Source of the DNA: Gnetum montanum
Lineage: Eukaryota > Plantae > Gnetophyta
Assembly: GCA_015680685.1 (NCBI GenBank)
Contig: MNCI01002351.1
Coordinates: forward strand, 1-64,000
Length of the DNA stretch: 64,000 bases
Direction: 5' to 3'
Positions 14,298 through 26,600 of the stretch are shown one piece after another (the first letter of the stretch is position 1; every line of letters starts with the position of its first letter). Under the pieces are notes generated by a model. The model searched no databases and was not told the origin of the DNA. It worked only from the letters and a program-made list of their open reading frames with translations. Made by a program: the position numbers and the translations under genes.

Positions 14298-14895
14298 AAC
14301 TAGTTGGCATATAAAACACTTTTGTAGAATATAAGCTAACCTCCTAATCAAATTTAATAAAGGTCTCTAAGTTTTAATGATCAAATCGAATTTAATAAAA
14401 CACAGTAAGTTTTAATGATCAAATCCTTATAGGGTAATACATGGTATAATCCATATATGCTAAAAACAACAAATTTCATTCTCCATCTTTGCTGCCATCA
14501 TGCATCTCTTTGAATAGAACTTACCTTATAATTTAAGTGTAATGCTAAACGTCCCTTAAACATACCCTAGCTTGTTTCAATCAAACTGTTTTGGTAGTTT
14601 ATGGGAATTGGTAGTTTATGGGAAACAACATTCTTTAAGAAGGGACTATTTGAAGGCATTCTTCGAGAAAACTATCCAATTGCTTAAAATAAATAGCTGG
14701 GAAACTACGAGAATGATTTACATACAAGATCTAATCCATTTCTCTATATTAATCTGGTGGAAATCCAAAGGCTGAATCGCCTTCTTTATTATTACACTTG
14801 AATCCTTACAGAAGAAGGAAAAGAAAACAAGGAAATACAGGGATATAGAGTAAAAGAATTGGAGCATAACAATGGAGGAGGAAGAAGGGATTCGG

Positions 14896-15287
14896 TTACG
14901 GGGTGTTCTAGCATAGCGTGTGATCTGCGTGCAGGAGCGCCAATAAGGATGGGCCTGAGACGTGGATCGGTAATTGTAGTAGGAATTTCCATGCTTGGAA
15001 CAAGGCACATTATTGGCACTTAGCGCAGAGTAACTAATGTAACTCCTTGTTGCTAGAATCCGGTGATTAGTCTCCAAATCAGGGTCTGTTTCCTCAGCTC
15101 CCAAACACTCTTTGATTGTGCCGTCGCTGCAGCGCTGAGGAACGATTGCTTCCAGAAGCATAGCCACATTGGCGCCCTAGTCCAGAAACGAGAGCACCGC
15201 CGGCACAGCCACCATGAGCAATAGTAGCACCGTGAAGAAAGGAATACGCCTGTGGAATTTGGATTCGGTGGTGGCCGCAGTAGCCAT
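14896..15287 (-). pseudogene. RALF: RALF (rapid alkalinization factor) prepropeptide pseudogene
   Basis: ATG 15287 gives MATAATTESKFHRRIPFFTVLLLLMVAVPAVLSFLD* (in-frame TAG at 15177-15179). The same frame continues ...ETNHRILATRSYISYSALSANNVPCSKHGNSYYNYRSTSQAHPYWRSCTQITRYAR. Signal peptide and YISY motif are present, the RRxL site reads HRIL, two Cys read Tyr, and the probable native TAA (14896-14898) is out of frame. Confidence 0.93.
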
Positions 15288-15840
15288 GTTTGCTGCACAT
15301 AAATCTTGGCCTATGAGGGTTTCTGTTACGGAAATGGGAATATGAAAAGAGGTCAATGCAATGATGCGATTTTGAGCCACGGAGGAGTACACGGATTTGT
15401 TGAGAGTCGTCAGTGGTGGCTCCCTTAAAATCCTGGCGAAGAGGCACGAAAGATGAATACGAGAAAGAAGAAAAAGTTGGAAGCAAGGAATCCAACAAGC
15501 AGAAGCAGACGTGGTGCGTAGATTCGATGGCAGAAGGTTGATTGATAGATGAAAGAGAAGTGAAAACAGGCGCGGACAATCAACTATTACGAGGATGCAC
15601 AATAAAACAATATTTCAAAATGGACCAAATCGAATACTTGCAAAATGATGATGCGCGATTTCAGAAATTTTGAAGACGTGGGCAGCAGACCAAGGAAGAA
15701 GAGGAGGGGTTCAAATGCTCTTCAGTGATACACATTGATCGGGCTGGTGAGTACAGTGGCAGCAGAAGCTCGTGCGGCAATCAACGTCGTGGTTTGCGTT
15801 TTCTCATTTATTTTTAATTTTATTTCTTAACTTTTTTTCA

Positions 15841-15983
15841 CTTTGTGTAGGGTACTGATATAGCGTGTAGATGACCGAATATCGGCCACGCCGGCAACCC
15901 CGGGACAACCCCTTCGATTCGGCTGCGTTCCGCCTCCACCGAAACAGCAGCACCACCACTGCTGCCAGTAATGCCGTGGCCAT
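15841..15983 (-). pseudogene. Cytochrome P450 5' gene fragment (membrane anchor plus proline-rich hinge), frameshifted and truncated
   Basis: ATG 15983 gives MATALLAAVVVLLFRWRRNAAESKGL. After a 1-nt shift it reads PGLPAWPIFGHLHAISVP, matching the P450 PPGPxxWPIxGHLH motif. The sequence turns AT-rich below 15841. Confidence 0.75.
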
Positions 15984-16186
15984 CGTACCAAACTTCCCAC
16001 TACCGGCCAAGATTCAAGCAATAATGTGGAGCGAACTTAAATGGTGTGGCAGTGATGTAACAGAATAACGCATCCGAAAACGAAGCTGGAAAATCCGCCT
16101 CTTGTAACCCTCCGACAATGTGGATCACGTCAGTTTGTGGCCAAAATGTTCAAAAAAAGTACTATGCTTATTGTCTTCTTCCAGCG

Positions 16187-16384
16187 ACGTAGCGTCATTC
16201 CGTGTGAACCTGGGCACATTTTTCATCTCAATTGGTAGAAGTTTTTGTGTTAACCGCACATAATACACGTAGCGTCATTCCGTATGAACCTGGGCACATT
16301 TTTCATCTCATTTGGTAGAAGTTTTGTGTTAACCGCACAAGATTGGAGACGAAGTTTTGTGTTAACCGCCCACGATTGGAGACG
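16187..16384. repeat. Nested tandem duplications (80-bp period x2, overlapping 33-bp period x2)
   Basis: acgtagcgtcattccgt...gttaaccgcaca at 16187 and 16267; gaagttttgtgttaaccgc...gattggagacg at 16318 and 16351. Confidence 0.9.
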
Positions 16385-16749
16385 TGCCCTCTTGACAGGC
16401 CATGCTATCTTTTTTTATATTTGAATGTAATGAATGACTCTATTATCCAAAGTATAAATATTTTAATAAATGTCACGTGAATTGTTGGAACCTAAAATAA
16501 TTGAAACATAGGTACACCTTAAGCTATATAGAATTTCTGCCTTTGGAGGATTGAATCTCAACAAAGTGGATCATCCCTACCACCCTTAGAACTAGTTTTA
16601 TAGCAACTTATGAGCGACAAGGCCCACAAATTCAAGGTCAACACCAAACTGAAGAAGAAGAGGAGGCCAACAAGTCCAAAGATGAGGTTGAAGAAAACCC
16701 AACAAGAAATCAACTTAGGGACCCAAAAAACCCTAAAAGGGGCATACAG

Positions 16750-16890
16750 AAAAAAGGTCTACTAGTAGGTCATGAATATCCTCTCATGGAACTACAGTGG
16801 ATAAGGTACCCTCCAACTAGTAGGTCATGAAGAAAGACTACTGAAGAAAAAGGTCTACTAGTAGGTCATGAAGAAAGACTGCTGAAGATC
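16750..16890. repeat. Short tandem repeat (actagtaggtcatgaa x3) at the LINE 5' junction
   Basis: actagtaggtcatgaa occurs at about 16761, 16816 and 16857, and gaagaaagact is repeated. Confidence 0.8.
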
Positions 16891-19800
16891 CAAGGTAGCT
16901 AGGAGCTGGGCCAATTCTTAGATGAAGAAGAACATGATCTCCTCCTCCAACTATAGTAACTCTTAGAGGAAGAAGAGCAGTGTTGGAAAGAATAGGCATG
17001 GATAAGATGGCTATGAAATGGAGACAAGAATACTAAGTTCTTCTTTGCTATAGCTAAAGCGAACAAGGAAGCTAAAAGAATCCATTGCATCATGCAAGGG
17101 GAAAACATAGTGCATGATGAGTAGGCCATAGCCCATGCCATATAACAATATTGGTTTAGCATTTGATCCATCCACATCTAGAGGGTCATTCAAGCTCATG
17201 AAAATAAAAGGCTAATTGCACCTATCACCAAGCAAGCAAGAGCTTTCTGAGCTTCTAAGATCTATGAGAGTTGATAAGGCCCCTGTGTTGGATGATGGTT
17301 GATGGAATTTTTCAAACACTTCTTCGACATTCTTGATGACAACATTATTGATGCTTGCAATCTCATGCTCAGATGGGGACATGTTATGCATGAAATAAAT
17401 TGCTCCAAAATTATGCTAATACTAAAATTTGAAAATCCCACTAAACTGGCTCACTTCAAACCAATAGGAACCTGTAATACACTACTTAGATTATTCTCAA
17501 AGATCCTTGTTGCTACACTACAACCATTCATGACCTTCCTTATGGGCTTTTAGCAAACCAGATTTATCAACAGTAGGTACATTTAGGATGAAATTTTATT
17601 ACCACAAGAAATCATGAAGTTTGTATAGAAGGCAAAATTCCCATGTATGTGCATTAAACTTGATATTGCTAAGACCTATGATATGGTCTATTAGGGCCCA
17701 CTTAAAGACTTTATGATATGAAAATGGATCCATCCAACGTTTGTTGATCTATGCATTAACCTTAGGCTTTAGGGGCTTACTTTTTTGTTATTAATGGATG
17801 TCTTTGGGGATTTTCCTTCCTCCATAGGAATTTACACCAACAAGATTTCCTTTCCCAGTATCTCTCTATCATCATTATGGATACTATGAATACATATTGT
17901 AAGGTTGAAGGCGTTTGTGGTCTAAGGATTAAAAAGGTCACATGTATCGCTAAGCACTATGCAAATGATATGATTCTAGTCATATGGTCAATAGTTCCAT
18001 AGGTTGAAGTGGTATCCAAAGTACTCCAAAAAAATGTCCAAAGAGATCACACTCATTGTGAATTGGGAAAAATCCACAGCTCATTTCTTTTGCATCGACA
18101 TAGCAGTGAAAGGAAGCATATGTAGGATGTTGGGGATCCTGTAGGGGGTCCCTGCAAGACTCACATCTATGAATATTCATATTTGCATGGAATTGCAAGA
18201 CCACCTAGACTAGGCTGATATAGAGAATCCAACTAAGAGTGTAGCATTGGACCTCTAGATTCCTGACCAAGAAGGGGAGAATAATGTTGGTTTCCTTTAT
18301 CTTATTAGTAATGGAAAATTCACAACTTCGATTGTAGCCCCTTTTAAAGGATTCATCACCAAAACTGACAATATCATTAGTAATTTTATTTGGTCTAGAG
18401 GAAGGGGAGGGGATCGAATGCACCTCATTTGCTAAAAAAAGTTGGCTAGCCAAAGCACTTTGAGGGCCTAGAGGTGATGAGGTTCTAGGACATTGTTCTA
18501 ATGGGACACCAATCTCTCATTAACTACATCCATCATGATGAGGCAAGGAGACATTTGATAATTGTCCTTAGAAGAAAATATACTTCATGAAAGGCCAATA
18601 TTTAGGACTCTCACCTATGGTGAAATCTCTGATTGTTTGCTTAGCAAATATCCCAAATGGGGCTTATGGGATCCTAAATACAGGAAATCATGAAGCATAA
18701 ATACCCTATGGCCCAAGGGTGGAACAATATTTGGAAAGGCTGCCTACCTAAGAAAATTAAATATTTCTTATGGCTCATTAACCTAGGGGCACTTCTAGTA
18801 TAGGTACTACTCTAGGAGCATAGCCTCCTTATAAATAATACATGTTCCCTTTGTCATAACGACATTAAAACTGTGCATCACTTTTTTGTTTCTTTGCCTA
18901 CTTTTCAAAGCTGTTTAGGAAATCTTGGGGATTATGCAACAATGTGTAGGGACTCTCAAACTAGATCTATGCTCTAGATGCTCTAGCAAGTAAGGAATGA
19001 ACATGTCTTTCAATTCATGCCTCTTCCATTTCCTACCTATATTACTACTCATCCATGCTTTAGAAAGAAGCCATAGCTACCATGAGGGTTACACCCACAT
19101 TTAAGCTTGACTATCAAAGCTTCAAGAATAAGTAGCTACTATGGGGATTGGTGATGTGGATGGGATGGGAAGACCTTCTTCGCCTCCTCATTGAAAACCT
19201 AGATCTTGCAAATGCATCCTTCTCGTGTTCAAGATGAGACACCACTACTTTTTATGATGCCTACATTTGACTTACCAAAGTAGGCATCACTAATAATCTT
19301 AGTATCCTTAATGTGGGGGAGATGGTGCTATCCTTAGGATAAGAGCTCTAAGATGCTAAGAGTTTCTTCCCCAAACTAGTCCCACAAATTGGAAGTAGTT
19401 AGGTTTCCAAGTCAATCTTGCCTCTACTTTGGTAGGATGCTGCAAAGCTTGTGGAACATTTCTTCATCTAGTTGGATAACATGTGGAAGCTTCATGGGGT
19501 GCACTTCCCCGTCCTCCACTACATGTAGCTTTTCTAGCTAGCTAATCTTCCAAAATTTTTCCTCGCTACCCTTCACCAAGGAAGAATGGGATGTCACTCC
19601 AACCTAATCCTTCCCTTATAGAAAGCAATGTAGCTTATGGAGCTACTACCAATAGAGCCCACTTTTGTCACCATGACATATACTAGACATAGGGCATTAC
19701 AAGAGGAAGAGTCGTCCTCTACACAAGCCATCTTAGAGAAAAGAGAGGAGCTGATGAGCATGGGGGAAGTTTTAAATTGGCAAGGCTCCATCATAGATTT

Positions 19801-20670
19801 TCCCTCATCCTTGTTGGAGTAGATCTAGATCACTAAGAATCATATTGGTTGAGAGCTACAACAAAACTTTGAAGATGACCTTCATAGGATCATTGTTGAG
19901 GTCAAAGCTAGAGTTAGGACAGAGGAACAAGCGTGATGGAAAGCCAAGCTATAGAGATGGAAAGAGGAGGCCAAGGCTAAGCAATGGGAGAAAGAACAAT
20001 AGCTCAAAGAGGTGGCTACAAAGGAGCAACATCAAAAGGAGCTATAAGACATTGAGTTTAGAAGTGAGATGAAGGACCAACTCTAAAAAAAATTAGGAAG
20101 GATGTATGATGGAAGAAGTAGGAGTGGCTCTGAAGAAAGAAAGAGGAGGAAGAGTAGCATGTTAGGGCCCTTTTAGAAGAAAAAAATTTAAGAAAATAGG
20201 ATGGTGCACATGAAGCCAATACCGAGCAAAGGTTTTGCATGGGAAGATGCTCATACGTGGTCATGAGAATAAATAACAATATCTCATGGGCTAGGATGAA
20301 GAGATGTATTAAGAATACTTCTGCTAAGTTCCACCCTAATGAGGCCACCATTGAATTTGCCAAAAAGAAATGTGAAGAGTAGTATAAGGAATTTTAAGAT
20401 GCTACAACATTTGTTGCCTCAAAACACTATCTAATGATCCTAGATGTGGTGCATGCTTAAGAACATGTGTAGTGCTCGTATACTAGGCTACCAAGATCCA
20501 TCAAATGTTCACAAGAACCAAGAGGGGTTTCTCTATGTGAGTGTTGCATTTCATGGGATATGGCTTTGAATGTGGCATTGCAGATAGCCTAGTGATGGGG
20601 TGAATTTTTATTTTTAGGATAAGCACCCCTTGTTTGCTATCCCATTCTTCATGGAGAGATGTTTTCCTTT
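16890..20670 (+). mobile_element. L1-clade LINE, 5'-truncated, degenerate ORF2 (RT, zf-RVT) plus a 3' extension; copy 1 of a tandem duplication
   Basis: EEEQCWKE*AWIRWL*NGDKNTKFFFAIA, KAP.LD, FKPIGTCNTLLRLFSKILV, YAND (for YADD), WKGCLPKKIKYFLWL...CSLC...TVHHFF. Confidence 0.9.
20245..20420 (+). pseudogene. Degenerate DnaJ J-domain-like coding segment in the LINE 3' extension
   Basis: Reads RCSYVVMRINNNISWARMKRCIKNTSAKFHPNEATIEFAKKKCEE*YKEF*DATTFV. HPN at 20332-20340 is one G>A change from HPD. Confidence 0.6.
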
Positions 20671-23521
20671 TTATTTACTAAAGCAAACAAGGAAGCTAAA
20701 AGAATACATTACATCATGCAAGGGGAAAACATAGTGCATGATGAGTAGGTCATAGCCCATGCCATGCAACAATACTAGTCTAGCATTTAATCCATCCACA
20801 TCTAGAGGGTCATTCAAGCTCGTGAAAATAAAAGGCTAATTTCACCTATCACCAAGCAAGGGATTTCTAAGGTCCTCACATCTATGAGAGTTGATAAGGC
20901 CCCGAGGTTGGCTAAATGGTCAATGGAATTTTTCAAATGCTTCTTCAACATTCTTGTTGAAAACATTACTAATGCTTTCAATCTCATGCTCAAATGGGAA
21001 CATGTTATGCATGAAAGAAATTGCTCCAAAATTATGCTAATACTAAAAATTGCCAATCCCACTAAACTAGCTCACATTAAACCAATAGGGACTTGCAATA
21101 CGGTATTTAAGTGGTTCACAAAGATCCTTGTTTCTACACTATAATTGTGCATGTCCTTCTTGGTGGGCTTTTAGTAAACCATATTTATCAACAGTAGATA
21201 CATTCAGGACCAACTTCTATTACTGCAAGAAATTATGGAGTCTATATAGAAAGTGAAATTCCCATGTATGTGCATCAAACTTAATATTTCTAAGACCTAT
21301 GATATGGTTTATTTGGGCCTACTTAAAGAGATTATGATATGAATAGGATTTCACCTAAAGTTTTTTGATCTATGCATTAACCTTTAGGCTTCAGGGGCTT
21401 AATCTTTTGTTATTAATGGATTTCTTTGGGGATTTCCTCCCCCCACATGGATTTACACCAACGAGACCCCCTTTCCTAGTATCTTTTTATCATCACTACG
21501 AGTACTATGAATATATATTGTAAGGCTAAAGATGTTTGTGGTCTAAGCATTGAGAGGATCACATGTATCACTAAACACTATGTGAATGATATGACTCTAG
21601 TCATATGGGTGGTGGTGCCACAAGTGGAAGTGGTATCTAGAGTCCTTCATAAAATTTCCAAAGAGATCAAACTCACTATGAACTAGGAAAAATCCATAAT
21701 TCATCTATTCTACAACAACATAGTGGTGAAAGGGAGGATATGTAGGATGTTGGGGATCCTGCAGGGGTCCCTGTAGGACTCATGTCTAGAAGTATCCATG
21801 TTTGTATGGAATTGCAAGACCACTTGGATCAAGCTAATATAGAGAATCCAAACAAGAGTGTACCACTAGACCTCTAGATTCATGACCAAGAAGGGGATAA
21901 TAATGCTAGCTTCCTCTATCCTATTAGCAAAGGGAAAATTCATAGCTTCAGTTGTAGCCCCTTATAAAGGAGTCATCACCAAAATTGATGAGATCATTTA
22001 TGATTTTATTTGGTTTATAGGAAGGTGAGGGAATTGAATTCACCTCATTTGATAAAAAAAGATGGTTAGCCAAAGCACTTTGAGGGCTAGAGGTGATGAG
22101 GTTCTAGGACATTATTCGCATGGGATACCAATCCCTCATGATGAGACAAGGAGACATTGGGTAATTATCCTTAGAAGAAAATATACTAAATGGAAGGCTA
22201 ATATTTAGGACTCCCACCTATGTCATAATCTCTCATCATTTTCCTAGTAGCTATCTCAAATGGAGCTTTTGGAAGTGTAAATATAGGAAATCATGATGCA
22301 TAAATACCTTGCAACCTAGGGTTGGAAAAATTTCTAGAAAGACTACCTACTTGAGAAAATTAAATTTTTCTTATGGCTCATCAACTTGGGAGCAATGTTA
22401 GTATGGGTACTGCTTTAGTATCATGACCTCCATATAAATAACACATGCCTCATTTTCCACAATGACATTGAAACCATGCATCACCTCATGTTTCTTTGCC
22501 TACTTTCCAAAGTCATTTGGGCTATCTCAAGGATCATGCAACATCTATGTGGGGACGCTCCTACTAGAGTTGTGCTTTATATGCTTTAGTAGGCAAGGAA
22601 TGAACATGTCTTTCAAGCTATGCCTCTTCCATTGCCTACCCATATTGTTATTCATCCATGCTTTGAAAAGAGGCCATAGCTGCCATGGAGGTTACACCCA
22701 CAGTTAAGCCTAAATGTCAAAGATTTAGGAGCAACTAGCTACTATGGGTATTGGTGATGTGGATGGGATGGAAAGACCTTCTTTCCCTCCTCATTGAAGA
22801 CCCAGATCTTACAAATGCATCCTTCTCATGTTAGAGGGAAGACACCACTACTTTTCAGGGTGCCTACATTCAGCTTACCAAAGTAGCCATTGCTAATAAT
22901 CTTGGTATCCTGACTATGGAGGAGATGGTGCAATCCTTGAGATAAGAGCTCTAAGATGCTAAGAGTTTCCTTTCTAGACTAGTCCCAAAAATCAAGAGTA
23001 GTCAGTTCTCCAAGTTGATCCAACCTTTACTTTGTTAGGATGCTATAGAGCATGTGGAACATTTCTTCATCCAGTTAGATAATATGTGCAAGCTTCATGG
23101 GGTGAAATTTTACTTTCTCCACTAGATGTAGCTTGGTTAATTGGCTAATCTTCCAAATTTCTTCCTCACTACCCTTCATCGAAGAATAAGGGGATGTTAC
23201 CCTAGCCTGATCCTACCCTTATAGAAAGTAGTGTAGCCTATGGAGTTACTACTGGCAAAGCCCACATCCATTATCATGACATATATTAGACATAGGCCAT
23301 CATAGGAGGGAGATTCCTCCTCTATGCAAGCCATCTTAGAGGAAAGAGAGGAGATGATGAGGGTGGGGGAAGGTTCGAGTTGACAATGCTCCATCATAGA
23401 TTGGCCTCCATCCTTGTAGGAGTAGATCCAGTCCACTAAGAATCATATTCATTAAGAGTTACAACAAAATTTTGAAGATGACCTTCATAGGATCATTTCT
23501 AAGTTTTAAGCCATAGTTAGG
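20671..23521 (+). mobile_element. LINE copy 2 (duplicate of 17057-19918), interrupted by an LTR-element insertion
   Basis: Colinear and highly similar to copy 1 (compare the 20884 and 17299 ORFs). It breaks at gttagg|TGATAA. Confidence 0.9.
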
Positions 23522-24458
23522 TGATAAATCATGGTTTGCCAAGTGCTGATGTCGGACCCTTGACATCGGATCCTTAACATCAGACCCTTGATATTGGACC
23601 CTCAATATTGGACCCTTGATATCAAATCTATGATATCGATTACGCAATATCGCAGCCTAGATAATGACATTGGATACACAATATTGCAATTCCTATGTAA
23701 GCCTATAAATACACCTTTGGGCACATAGGAAGGGGAGTCAAAGTCGGTAAGTTAGAGTAGTAGTAGAGTCTTTTTGTTCATTTTTAGTTCATCTCAACTC
23801 TTTCCCCAATGCATGCCCATAGTGTGATGATTGTAATTGTATAGAATCTTTGTTCCAGTGTGACATACTTGGACACGTGCATGACCAGCAATAAAGATCG
23901 AGATTACTTCATCATTGCAGCATTCACTTAGTTTTAATTACTTAGCTATTATTGTTATTTATTGTTTTCTTAATTAATATTTCTTTACCTTCATTTACTA
24001 TCACTATTATTGAATGTGGAATGAGTACAACTTAATCACGAGAATTTAAGTGTGACTACTTGGTATCCCAGTAGCATATCTAGGAGTGTTTAAGTAACAT
24101 GCACTTGGTAATCCCAAAAGTAGTACACGAAGTTCAAGATGTATATGGATGATTAAGGATGGATGCTCATCGCACTTAGGCTAGCTTATATTTTTCTTCT
24201 CATTCCCTATTAGCTTAAAATAAAGTTATTTTCCATTGCCTCTAGGAGTAGCATTAGTTTAGGACCACATCATACACCTCACTATGGACTAAACCATACG
24301 TGACAAAGCAAATACTAGTCCAGGTGGGAAGACAACAAACTGCGATCAACTTGTAACTATCTAGATACCACAACTAGTCTATCTATGGAGTTCAACTGGA
24401 TCATGCATACACACTCGTATTCGTATAGTTGAGTGTAGGGGTACCTAGCCACTCATCA
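23522..24458 (+). repeat. 5' LTR (937 bp)
   Basis: TGATAA...CTCATCA ends, internal 14-bp ggacccttgacatc-like repeats, TATAAATA at about 23704. Confidence 0.9.
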
Positions 24459-24459
24459 T

Positions 24460-24477
24460 TGGTGCCATTATCGGGGA
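24460..24477 (+). promoter_or_regulatory. Primer-binding site, Athila type (tRNA-Asp-like)
   Basis: tggtgccattatcgggga, a transition-mutated form of TGGCGCCGTTGCCGGGGA, 1 nt after the LTR end. Confidence 0.8.
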
Positions 24478-24799
24478 TGGTGCTAGTTATCTAGATTAGT
24501 TATATCATCCAAGATCACTGTAAAGAAACATGAACAATATATCTTTTACAGAGAAACTAATTATAGATAAGTCACACAAAATTCATCACAATGTCTCTCT
24601 CATAAGACTATGATAACAAAACAACTAGTAAGGCAATTCATTGGAGGACCAACAAATTATATGATGATAAAGACAAAGTTTGGAGTACTCAATCTGATGC
24701 AGGGGTCTCCTATGCACATAAACAAAGAAAACATCATCCCAACTCACAAACTCATAACCTACATAGTGATGATGAACCCCTGCTGGCCACTAAGAGCCT

Positions 24800-26600
24800 A
24801 ATGCATATATAAGAGGCTATTTGAATACCCCGTAGGAATTGTAAGGAAAGTCGTTTACCTAGGATTGATTTAAACAAGTTTACCAAGTTTTCAGGATGCT
24901 ATGATTTAGATCCGCAACATCATTTACAAGCCTTCCATGATGCCTATTTATGGAACAATATTGATAATGGAGGGCAAAGACTTAAGCTCTTTCCTCTAAC
25001 AGTTGTTGGACAAGCAAAAGTATGGTATAGGTCCTTATGACCAAAATCAATTCAACATTGGCCAACAATGGTAGAACTCTTCAATGAAAGATATCAAACT
25101 TATGCAAGAGTGTCAACCTTGAGGAGACAAATCCAAGCGTGGAAACAAGAGCAACATGAACCCTTGGACATGGCCTTAGAAAGATACTATTTGTTGTTAA
25201 ATAATTGCCCAAGCCATGGGTTCTTCAAGAAAAGGCTAATGTACCATATCATGGATGGGATCCATAATGAAACAAGGGAAACCCTAGGGATGTATGCCTG
25301 AGATCAACTATATGAGCTACAAACCCACCAATTCCAAAAGCTTATTAAGCAGGTAGCAAAAGAAGAAGGAGAAATGGCTAAATGGGAGAATGTTGAAAGC
25401 TATCAATGGGACCAAGATCTCAAATTATCAAAGGTCCATAATCATGAAGAAGAGAAGTTAACTCACCTCAAGGAGGTGGAATCATCTTTGCCAATATTAC
25501 AATCATTAGATGAAAGTAAGGCAAAAATCAATAAGATGATGGAATGGGTACATGAAAAGTGCAAAGAATATGTCAACACTATTAGAGGTAGAACCATGAC
25601 AAACAAATAAATAGGACATAGAATCACTAGACAATTAGAAAGAAGGGTTGAAGAGGATAAGGATAAGAACTCAACTACTAATCATACGTATCAATGTAGC
25701 ATTTGCCTGTACAATCACCCCAAAGGTCAATGCCCAATATTGTCACATTTACATGAGCATTGGAGAGGAATGTTACATCTATAATTCGTACAAAATTACC
25801 ATGTTCAATCATAGTGGCAAAAATCCCAGTTGTTCCACCCTCAAACTAGTCACACCCTTCATACCATCCAAACCCAAGAACTTATCAAGTTCAACATCCT
25901 GTTTCCCCAACTGGGTCAACATCCTCTATCTCATGACATTGTTATCATTCTCCTGAATACTATCAACCCATTTCCTCTCCAATAAGATCACCACCTCATG
26001 TGAATTTCACTTCTTCTCACCCTCAATGTTCTCATCCTTAACCTCCTTCTACATCGCCGCTAGTTATGCTAGAAGGGTTTGCACCATAGCATCAACCCAC
26101 AAATGTTACTTGTGCTCCTACTATCAACCGTAGTGGGAATCCTCCACAACGTAGAAAGTATCCCTTCTTTAGACATGACCATAGAAAGAGACAGCATATT
26201 TTTGAGACCACTGCATCCTCCCACTCAACACAAGTTGAACATTGTGGTGCATCTTTATCCTTGTAACCAATGCCTTTTGTTACCTTATCAGGGCCACCAA
26301 TCAACACTCCAACAACAATGCAGCCCAATGAATATAATCATGTAGAGAGATAGATCGATCCTTACATACCAACTTACGATCACAAGTGCTGTAGTGGATC
26401 AACTCCTTATCAACTAACCAACTCTTATAACTTTCCCCACTATGTCAACTTTAATCAAGTGTGTGAACCTCAATGTGGGTACAGTCCAACCACCACATCA
26501 AAAGACACACGGTGGCTTGGATATGATCGACCCCCAACATTTGCAACATGCATGGATCCACATTTTCCATTTATTAATTTTAGCCATGCTCAACTATTTA
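24800..26600 (+). pseudogene. Degenerate gag with a P/Q/H/Y-rich tail
   Basis: KLPSFSGCYDLDPQHHLQAF...LKLFPLTVVGQAKVWYRSL...WPTMVELFNERY. The knuckle QCSICLYNHPKGQCPILSHL is homologous to 3312ff. Confidence 0.85.

Noticed and set aside
14896-15287. RALF rescued by A-to-I editing or stop readthrough, since the main lesions are G>A
   Set aside because: A-to-I mRNA recoding is not established in plants. The contexts fit methyl-C deamination, and an apparent 1-nt deletion at the stop could not be repaired by editing.
15804-16010. Novel secreted small peptide, or a second RALF (RYIS in the 15827 ORF)
   Set aside because: Better explained as a frameshifted P450 N-terminus, and there is no RALF cysteine pattern.
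14298-16520. Helitron or Pack-MULE boundaries around the RALF/P450 island
   Set aside because: There is a CTAGT at about 14300, but no convincing GC-rich hairpin, TIRs or TSD.
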